A DNA stretch of 64,000 bases, taken from positions 227,968 to 291,967 of the IMG/VR virus record IMGVR_UViG_3300035156_000206; one strand, written 5' to 3'. Below the pieces are notes generated by a model. It was not told the origin of the DNA and did not search any database. It saw only the letters and a list, made by a program, of their open reading frames with translations. Shown here in pieces: positions 57,321-64,000 of this stretch (positions are counted from its first letter, which is position 1; the number at the start of each line of letters is the position of its first letter). Both the position numbers and the translations under genes were made by a program.

Positions 57321-57721
57321 GGTTGGTATGATACGTTTATGGTAATAGGTGTTGGTAGGGGTTTAACCAAAAGGCTAACCGTGTGGTGTTTCGTGTCAGC
57401 AAATCCCTTGCAATAAACATCCCGTCGGTTAGCCGTTTGGGGCACTCGCACATCAATTAGCCGGTTGACCTTATCCGTCAACACATGGTATGCTAAGAAC
57501 AATCCGTATGGCTTTAGGAACTCATTTGCAGTCAGCATCAAGCGGTCTATGCGCTCACCACTGAAAGGAAAGACGTTCCACAGCTTGATTGTTTGCCCAA
57601 ACACTGGAAAATAGCTACCATCATTCATGTCAGTCGTGTCACTATACAATGTGTACTTGAGACCGACAGCATCAATCATGGCGACCAGGCTGGCCTTAAT
57701 GTAGGTGTGATTTGCGTTCAT
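57317..57721 (-). CDS. hypothetical protein
   Basis: Start trimmed to MNANH (AGGA RBS). Confidence 0.6.
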   Translation of the reverse strand: MNANHTYIKASLVAMIDAVGLKYTLYSDTTDMNDGSYFPVFGQTIKLWNVFPFSGERIDRLMLTANEFLKPYGLFLAYHVLTDKVNRLIDVRVPQTANRRDVYCKGFADTKHHTVSLLVKPLPTPITINVSYQP

Positions 57722-57782
57722 GAACAATCCTAGTATCAAAACTAGAACTGTACATGAACGAACGAAAGGGTTGCAACTGTTT

Positions 57783-58022
57783 TTACTGAACTGAAATGTT
57801 GTCGTTGTCGAGGTGGAGAACGCTAGACAGGATGAATGCCAAATCCGAAGGGCGCAGATTGACAGTATTGTCAATAACGCGGGTGTAATGCTTGCCAGTC
57901 GCATCGCGGTGGATGTCAGCAATGCGAATCTCTCCACATTTGATAGTGTAAAGATCCGATGCTTGTTGCAGCATGCTGTGGGTTTGTTTGGCCATGATAA
58001 TCTCCGTCAATTGATAGCTCAC
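57783..58022 (-). CDS. hypothetical protein
   Basis: Behind a promoter; start probably MAKQT. Confidence 0.55.
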   Translation of the reverse strand: MSYQLTEIIMAKQTHSMLQQASDLYTIKCGEIRIADIHRDATGKHYTRVIDNTVNLRPSDLAFILSSVLHLDNDNISVQ

Positions 58023-58056
58023 TATACTGCAGGTAAGCTAAAAAGTCAACAAAAAT

Positions 58057-58281
58057 TTATAGGTACGATGCGGTCTGCTTAAACTCAGCTTGGTTCAAGT
58101 AGTGTAGATGAAGCGTCGTTACAGCGGGATCGTACACGGCTGCAACCACGACAGGGTATTCGTTTCCGAATTGGTCCTTGTCGTGCTCTTTAATTGTCCA
58201 TCCTGGGTGGGCGAGTCTGAAGCCACTAATACCCATTAAACGCTTCTTTGGAGATAGGAAAGCTGTGATACGCATCGTCAT
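58057..58281 (-). CDS. hypothetical protein
   Basis: ATGA-coupled. Confidence 0.6.
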   Translation of the reverse strand: MTMRITAFLSPKKRLMGISGFRLAHPGWTIKEHDKDQFGNEYPVVVAAVYDPAVTTLHLHYLNQAEFKQTASYL

Positions 58282-58469
58282 TCCTGATCGATTCCGTGTA
58301 CGGGTACACTATCTGTGGCGATTACTGTGCCCGTTCCTTCTTGCTTTTGGGTATCTGCTAAGCACGCATAGTGCACTTTGACGGAATGACCGTCGCGGGT
58401 GGTGGCAATGGCATGCGATACAGCCATCAATTTCTTGTTGCACCACCAGCAGGTAAGATGGCTAAACAT
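58278..58469 (-). CDS. small zinc-binding protein
   Basis: CWWC...VHYAC; GGAGG RBS. Confidence 0.6.
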   Translation of the reverse strand: MFSHLTCWWCNKKLMAVSHAIATTRDGHSVKVHYACLADTQKQEGTGTVIATDSVPVHGIDQE

Positions 58470-58470
58470 T

Positions 58471-58770
58471 TTAGCCTCCTTCTTCGGGATCAAGTGGGTC
58501 GTGGAGTTCAGCATCCAGCCTATCCACCCACTCACGTGCGTTCTGTTTACCAATCCAGTTCTGGATAGACTCAATCGCACCAGGGTTGTCCTCAAAGAAA
58601 AGGACGAGGCTGCCGATAGAAGCACGATTGTTCAATGTGCCAAAGTATTGAGGATCTTTATAACCAAGTGTTTCCACCAGCTTACACAGATGCTCAACGC
58701 CACGGCGCCCTTCTATCTGATGCATGTTCTCTTGGTCGAGGTATGCAGTCAATGTGGTACTCATGCTCAT
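58471..58770 (-). CDS. hypothetical protein
   Basis: FFEDNPGAIESI motif. Confidence 0.75.
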   Translation of the reverse strand: MSMSTTLTAYLDQENMHQIEGRRGVEHLCKLVETLGYKDPQYFGTLNNRASIGSLVLFFEDNPGAIESIQNWIGKQNAREWVDRLDAELHDPLDPEEGG

Positions 58771-58828
58771 AATTACCTTTCGTCAGTTATGAGAATATTA
58801 TCTCCCGCCTACACTAAAATGTCAACGA

Positions 58829-59338
58829 TTATTTCATCAACATAAAGTTGGAACCGAATACTGCCGTTTCCTGGAAGGTAAGCTTCACATCCTTCCCTTT
58901 TAAAGCGCGGCCGTAACTGGACGAACTTTTGAACCACCCAAGCCCCGATTCGATGAATTGCTCCGCACACTGCTCAATGCGCCATGGCGTATTTGGTTCC
59001 TTATATGCCTTGTACAGGGCAGCAGACAAGTGTTCATGTACGCCCATCTCGAGATTGATCAGAAGCACGCCGGCAGTCCGATCGTAATGCCAGTTCTCCG
59101 TCTTGAACTCCGGACGGTCCAATGCTTCTTTGGCCTGTTCCAATGGAAAAATTTGCAACAACCCTGACCGTCCAAGCTCAGGGTCAAAGCAAAATGCCTC
59201 CATGCAGGAGCGAAGACTTTGCTCCCGATCGTCGCTGGGCAAGCAGGACTTAACATCATTGGTCAGGTCGTCGTCCTTACAGACTGCGTTGGATCGGACA
59301 AGCACCAAGTAGTCACCCTTCGATATCGGGGTCAGCAT
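58829..59338 (-). CDS. hypothetical protein
   Basis: AAGGAG RBS. Confidence 0.75.
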   Translation of the reverse strand: MLTPISKGDYLVLVRSNAVCKDDDLTNDVKSCLPSDDREQSLRSCMEAFCFDPELGRSGLLQIFPLEQAKEALDRPEFKTENWHYDRTAGVLLINLEMGVHEHLSAALYKAYKEPNTPWRIEQCAEQFIESGLGWFKSSSSYGRALKGKDVKLTFQETAVFGSNFMLMK

Positions 59339-59347
59339 ATTCGCTCC

Positions 59348-60184
59348 TTAGTTTGTGGCGGGCAGCTTGCGCTTGTGAGCGGTGATGTAAAATTGGGTGA
59401 TGATCTTGTCAGCTGCTTCTTCTGGGATCAAGTCGCCCACCAGGAATGCATCAATCTCGGCATATGTCACGCCGAATGCATCTTCGTCTGGCTTACCTGG
59501 CTTCAGATCTTCCAGATCGGCCGTTGGGATCTTCATCGACAGTGCAACTGGGGCACCAAGTTCGATAGCGATCTGGCGAACCTGGCCTTTGTTGAGCCCG
59601 GAAAGAGGTGTGATGTCACAGGCACCGTCACCATGCTTCGTGAAGAACCCCATCAGCGCTTCTGCTGCATGATCGGTACCAACGACCAGGCCTTTGACGG
59701 CACCGGCGATTGCGTACTGTGCGATCATGCGTTGGCGCGCCTTGACATTGCCCTTGATGAAGTCGAACTGGACTGGGTCCTGCTTGGCAATACCATTTTC
59801 CAGCAGCTGACGCATCATCTCGTCCGTTGGAGCTTTGATGTTTACCACCATGCTGCCAGTAGGCTGGATGAATGCAAGCGCTTGCTGGGCTTCAGCTTCA
59901 TCCGCCTGGACGCCATATGGGAGACGAACGGCAATGAACTTGTAGAAATCTGGCGTAACCGCATGCTCGTTGAGCTGGTTTACAGCCATTTGGCACAGCT
60001 TGCCGGTGGTTGTCGAATCAACACCGCCACTGATGCCCAGCACATAAGCACGGCTCCCGCTGTCTTCCAGGTAGTTTGCCAGCAATTGGACACGTCGCTG
60101 GATTTCAAACGCCAGATCAATGGTAGGCAAAACGCCCAGCTCGCGAATGATCTGATGCTGGGTATTACGAGTGTTGTATTTCAT
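59348..60184 (-). CDS. nadE: ammonia-dependent NAD+ synthetase
   Basis: LGISGGVDST, GNVKARQRM, GTDHAAE, GFFTKHGDG, PTADLED. Confidence 0.96.
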   Translation of the reverse strand: MKYNTRNTQHQIIRELGVLPTIDLAFEIQRRVQLLANYLEDSGSRAYVLGISGGVDSTTTGKLCQMAVNQLNEHAVTPDFYKFIAVRLPYGVQADEAEAQQALAFIQPTGSMVVNIKAPTDEMMRQLLENGIAKQDPVQFDFIKGNVKARQRMIAQYAIAGAVKGLVVGTDHAAEALMGFFTKHGDGACDITPLSGLNKGQVRQIAIELGAPVALSMKIPTADLEDLKPGKPDEDAFGVTYAEIDAFLVGDLIPEEAADKIITQFYITAHKRKLPATN

Positions 60185-60193
60185 GATGGACCC

Positions 60194-60685
60194 TTAGTCG
60201 TCGATTTTTATGGTTTCGTGGATGATGCTGAGTTGACGAGCAGTTGCCCACGCGCGATAGTGCTCATCAATTTTGGTGGTTGGAGAGAACATGTAGTCAT
60301 AGTTCATGTCCCGAATTTGCTTTTTGTACTCTTCCGATTGCATCCGAAGGGCAAAGATCTGGTCAATGCGCAGCTTTTGTTCAGGAGAGCAGCCAGGTTG
60401 GTATGCAGGAGCGAATGACCGGGTGGATATGGTATTTGACAACTTGATCGGATCTCGATCCCAATCGTTGACCTCACTGCCACCATTATTACCATCAGAA
60501 CAGGACACGTACCAGAGCTCATCGCCAACAACAATGCTGGCTTCGAAGTCGTAGTTGATCGCATCTATCCTCCGCTTCTTAATGATCTCGATGTCCGGAG
60601 ACGTCGTATCACCGTAGAATACGGAAAATAACAGCTCGTAAAGCTCTTTGCCAAACTTCTGTTTAAACTGATCGGTCGTTGTCAT
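60194..60685 (-). CDS. hypothetical protein
   Basis: ORF track. Confidence 0.7.
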   Translation of the reverse strand: MTTTDQFKQKFGKELYELLFSVFYGDTTSPDIEIIKKRRIDAINYDFEASIVVGDELWYVSCSDGNNGGSEVNDWDRDPIKLSNTISTRSFAPAYQPGCSPEQKLRIDQIFALRMQSEEYKKQIRDMNYDYMFSPTTKIDEHYRAWATARQLSIIHETIKIDD

Positions 60686-60695
60686 GGAAAGGCAA

Positions 60696-60974
60696 TCACG
60701 ACGGTTCTACTGCAACAGCCGGAGCTGGCGTCAGCAAATGAGCAACCAAGCGATACGTGCCTGTGAGGTCCAAATGTTGCTGGGCACGTTTCATTGCCTC
60801 GTAAGGACGATCGCGTTCCAGGTATTTTGATACAGCTTCAATCATTGCCCATGCTTCTTGGCTGGACATCGAGGCATTCTCTTTGAGAAAGTCGTACCCA
60901 GCTTGGCGACGGTCGCCGCAAATGGGCTTACCCATTGCGTTCCAACCAGAAGATGTTGTCATGTCAGTCTCCAA
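60696..60974 (-). CDS. hypothetical protein
   Basis: Behind a promoter. Confidence 0.65.
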   Translation of the reverse strand: METDMTTSSGWNAMGKPICGDRRQAGYDFLKENASMSSQEAWAMIEAVSKYLERDRPYEAMKRAQQHLDLTGTYRLVAHLLTPAPAVAVEPS

Positions 60975-61016
60975 ACGTTTGTGATGAAAATATTATCTCC
61001 CATATCAACAAAATTG

Positions 61017-61322
61017 TCAACGAGGCTTTGCTGTGCAAGCTTTCAAGAGTGCTTTATTGAGGTGATCCACTGAATAGTGATGAAAGTTGTACAGCACATT
61101 GCGCGCTTTCGACATTCCATTGTAGCAGACTTGGGCAGGGGCATAGGCGCGCTGCGACATATACCGTTCGTAATGGATCGTATTGAAACAGATTGTTGCC
61201 AAGAGCTGTTGTTTTGGCATATCTTTTGCTTCTGCGTACTCGATTACATCACACTGGGAGTTTTCACCAGCAAACGCAAGAGTGGCAACGGAGAGAAGCA
61301 GTACAGCAATCAAGCGTTTCAT
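61017..61322 (-). CDS. secreted protein
   Basis: Signal peptide MKRLIAVLLLSVATLAFA. Confidence 0.75.
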   Translation of the reverse strand: MKRLIAVLLLSVATLAFAGENSQCDVIEYAEAKDMPKQQLLATICFNTIHYERYMSQRAYAPAQVCYNGMSKARNVLYNFHHYSVDHLNKALLKACTAKPR

Positions 61323-61388
61323 GTTGGAACCAAAAAGGGTGAATTAGATATCAATATTATCATTGGGTCACACGCACCAACTCAACAA

Positions 61389-61769
61389 TTAATTGTGTTG
61401 TTCGATCAATTGAATAATATGTTCCCGAGGAATAGCAGTGCTGGTAAGAGGAGCTTTGTATCGTCTCGTGCCAGTGTCTCGCAATTGCTTGCGATCATGA
61501 AAATGGATAACCGCACAAGCCTTTTTGATCAGGCCACTTACGGCATGAGGCTCAATGGACAGAGATTCAGCAATGTCTGCCAACGCTTTTCGTTCCACCA
61601 AGCGCATGGCCAGCACAGCCTTCTCTATTGGCCGAAGTTGCCTGTTGTTGACGCCACCAAATGCCGCATAGACCGGACGGTACGGTGGAGCATGTTGGGC
61701 TTCTTGTGCCCAACTGCGCACTACTGCTTTATAGCGGCCCGGGTTGCCCTCCACTTTCATGTATCCCAT
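61389..61769 (-). CDS. sigma-region-4-like HTH protein
   Basis: LRPIEKAVLAMRLVERKALADIAESLSI. Confidence 0.6.
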   Translation of the reverse strand: MGYMKVEGNPGRYKAVVRSWAQEAQHAPPYRPVYAAFGGVNNRQLRPIEKAVLAMRLVERKALADIAESLSIEPHAVSGLIKKACAVIHFHDRKQLRDTGTRRYKAPLTSTAIPREHIIQLIEQHN

Positions 61770-61783
61770 GCTTGGCTCCTGGA

Positions 61784-62026
61784 CTAGATGAGCTTGATGT
61801 GCTGCTTGTCAAGTTGTTCCTGTGTGAACTGGTAGCCATTTGCTTCACCAGTCTTCTGTTTCAATGCATACTGCAACACCAAGCGCTCTGCGTTATCATT
61901 TGTCGACAGAGCATTGCCCAAGGCTACCTTTAATTCAGCCTCAGTATACTTCTGACTCAGTTCGACACCACGGGCGATCATTTGGGTTACGCTAGCCATG
62001 TTGCTTTCTCCTGAATACATACACAT
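61784..62026 (-). CDS. hypothetical protein
   Basis: Start probably MASVT (AGGAG RBS). Confidence 0.65.
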   Translation of the reverse strand: MCMYSGESNMASVTQMIARGVELSQKYTEAELKVALGNALSTNDNAERLVLQYALKQKTGEANGYQFTQEQLDKQHIKLI

Positions 62027-62270
62027 TTTTTGGAAGGGGCTCGTCGTTGCGACGGCGGCGATTCAGATTGTCGCGGACAGCTGGTTTCAGCTCTTGCCCG
62101 AAACAACGGCTACACATCCGTTCTCCATGAACTTCATAATATGTGTCCGTGATCTTGTACCCACATACATCACACTTCTTATCAAACCGATCCTTGTACA
62201 CTTTGTATACGAAGAACCCTACTACGCACACAAACAACACGATACCAATATAAGTTGCAACAATTTCCAA
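61992..62270 (-). CDS. membrane-anchored zinc-finger protein
   Basis: TM helix plus CDVC...CSRC. Confidence 0.7.
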   Translation of the reverse strand: MEIVATYIGIVLFVCVVGFFVYKVYKDRFDKKCDVCGYKITDTYYEVHGERMCSRCFGQELKPAVRDNLNRRRRNDEPLPKNVYVFRRKQHG

Positions 62271-62272
62271 AA

Positions 62273-62578
62273 TCAGACCCTCGTGTGGTTAAAGGTTTTA
62301 GGCCAGAACTGACAGCCAACTTGTTGATATTGTGGTTCCCAGCCACGTGCATCCAGCCAATCATACAGTGCAATCTGTACGTGCGACTTGTAGCCACCAG
62401 GAGTGCCGTACGGGCGATATGCCCAAAGGCCGTCCTGTACCTTGCTTTTATCTTCCCGACTCCAGATGCATGCACGCTCAGTCCCATAAAACTTGGTACC
62501 ATCTACTGCATCAACATTGGGAAAGTCCTTCGCTAAGGCAACGAGAAGTTGGGCTTTGCTAAGTGCTCGTTTAGCCAT
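62273..62578 (-). CDS. hypothetical protein
   Basis: AAGGA RBS. Confidence 0.7.
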   Translation of the reverse strand: MAKRALSKAQLLVALAKDFPNVDAVDGTKFYGTERACIWSREDKSKVQDGLWAYRPYGTPGGYKSHVQIALYDWLDARGWEPQYQQVGCQFWPKTFNHTRV

Positions 62579-62580
62579 GG

Positions 62581-62865
62581 TTATTCCTTCAGGAGATGTT
62601 TCAAGTGGTCACGCACTAGATGGGCAGCTTCAGCAATCAGTTCAGGGTCATCCTCGAACAGGACGCAAGCCGCAGCATACTGCTCAACGATGATCATGTG
62701 CTGTTCGACTTGCATCGAATCTTGTTTGACCCCGTACATTGGCATTCCCAATAAAGTCATCAGGTCATTGCGAGACAAGGTGAAATTGTGGGTAGCCTTG
62801 GATAAGTTCACAGCACGTTCCAGCTGTGCTCTTAAATCTGGGGGTGATGCATCGTTGTTGCTCAT
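62581..62865 (-). CDS. hypothetical protein
   Basis: GGGAG RBS. Confidence 0.7.
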   Translation of the reverse strand: MSNNDASPPDLRAQLERAVNLSKATHNFTLSRNDLMTLLGMPMYGVKQDSMQVEQHMIIVEQYAAACVLFEDDPELIAEAAHLVRDHLKHLLKE

Positions 62866-62950
62866 TACTAAACTCCCTCATCATTTGGTGAGTCTATTAT
62901 ACGCAAATTTCCACAAAAGTCAACGGGGGAGCTTCGCGGATGGACAGGTA

Positions 62951-63397
62951 TTACCGGCCGCCAGTGATCTGCAGCATAGTTTGCACCGTGCCTTGGTTAT
63001 CTTCGTAGCGGAACAGGCTTGGGTACTGTGAAGCAGATACCAGCTGTGCTTCCAGGTCGCGGCATTGCTCGAGCACTTTGCCACACAGGCGCATATTGTA
63101 CTCGTATGCGTAGTCGTCGGGAGGATTGGGGTAGAATTTGAACAGCCGCTTCATGAATGGAAGGGCTTTGTAGGCGGCAACATCCATATGGTGTGCCATC
63201 CATGCTGCTTTCTTTGCTTCCACGTGACCAAGGAGACGGTCGTGGATGATATCAATTGCCTTGGCAGTCAACGACGCAAGAGCTGCGTGGTCTTCACCGA
63301 AATAGATCAGCTGGGTGTACGAAGTGTCAACCCAGCTGGATCCTGGTCCTTCTGCATGGGACCTGTAATACCCTTGTTTTACATAGAGCGCTTCCAT
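62951..63397 (-). CDS. hypothetical protein
   Basis: AAGGAG RBS, promoter upstream. Confidence 0.75.
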   Translation of the reverse strand: MEALYVKQGYYRSHAEGPGSSWVDTSYTQLIYFGEDHAALASLTAKAIDIIHDRLLGHVEAKKAAWMAHHMDVAAYKALPFMKRLFKFYPNPPDDYAYEYNMRLCGKVLEQCRDLEAQLVSASQYPSLFRYEDNQGTVQTMLQITGGR

Positions 63398-63463
63398 TTC
63401 GTTGTCTCCTTTGAATAGGTAAGATAATTATATCCCACCTACACAAAAAAGTCAACGAAAAGT

Positions 63464-64000
63464 TTATACAACTACAGGGAAGGCTGCAGCCCGAACCAAT
63501 CCGTCAGCTCCTGTTACCACGGCTGCGTAGTTCTTACCAGCAACAAACGAAGCATCAGTCAAAGTTACGTGACCTGTAGCATCAGAAACTAAACCAGCAA
63601 AGTTACGCAGGGTCAATGGGAACGACAATCCGATCACACTAACACTGACCTCCTTCTGACCCAGACCAACCAATACCTTCATTGTACCCTTAACTACAGG
63701 AACAGGTGTTGGTACCACAACTACAGGAGGAACAGGTGTTGGAGTAGGAACAACGACCACTGGTGGAACCGGCGTTGGCGTTGGCGTTGGAACTGGGGTA
63801 GGTGTTGGCACTGGTGTAGGCACTACAACCACTGGTGGAATCGTCACAACTGGTGGCGGAACCGGCAGAGGAGTAACAACCACTGGTGGAACTGGTGGAA
63901 CTGGCGTTGGCGTTGGCGTTGGCGTTGGCGTTGGCGTTGGCGTTGGCGTTGGCGTTGGCGTTGGCGTTGGCGTTGGCGTTGGCGTTGGCGTTGGCGTTGG
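63464..64000 (-). CDS. Pro/Thr/Val-rich protein, 5' end outside the window
   Basis: Frame stays open to the window edge through the (Pro-Thr)n tract. Confidence 0.75.
   Translation of the reverse strand, partial: PTPTPTPTPTPTPTPTPTPTPTPTPTPTPTPTPVPPVPPVVVTPLPVPPPVVTIPPVVVVPTPVPTPTPVPTPTPTPVPPVVVVPTPTPVPPVVVVPTPVPVVKGTMKVLVGLGQKEVSVSVIGLSFPLTLRNFAGLVSDATGHVTLTDASFVAGKNYAAVVTGADGLVRAAAFPVVV
63903..64000. repeat. (GGCGTT)n hexamer microsatellite encoding (Pro-Thr)n
   Basis: About 16 perfect copies running to the window end. Confidence 0.95.

Overview
A 64 kb segment of a large lytic, probably T4-like (jumbo) myophage genome. Nearly all genes are on the minus strand. From left to right it holds a collagen-like fibre gene, a Ter stress cluster (TerD, DUF475/TerC-like, vWA, two TelA), an Rnl2-type RNA ligase, and many small accessory cassettes, each behind a near-consensus sigma70 promoter. 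A 13.5 kb RNA island at 30.3-43.8 kb carries 25 readable tRNAs, about 10 tRNA-shaped non-canonical RNAs and several stem-closed ncRNAs of 120-430 nt. NadE, SprT and histidine phosphatase genes follow. Best candidate for a new system: two ribosome-coupled attenuators, each built as TAAATA late-type promoter, 37-codon leader ORF, antiterminator/terminator switch, tRNA array. Each leader peptide is built from the amino acids whose tRNAs lie downstream: Asn/Ser/Pro for the Pro-Asn-Pro-Asn-Ser array, and K/Y/E/I/V/A/L/F/Q/M/C/H for the large array. This suggests the phage senses loss of specific tRNAs and switches on replacements. Also notable are a circularly permuted (YrlA-like) tRNA mimic at 17.05-17.26 kb and an ncRNA carrying a copy of the 23S rRNA helix-43 (L11-binding) sequence at 36.86-36.89 kb. 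All RNA structures were folded by eye and no database search was run.
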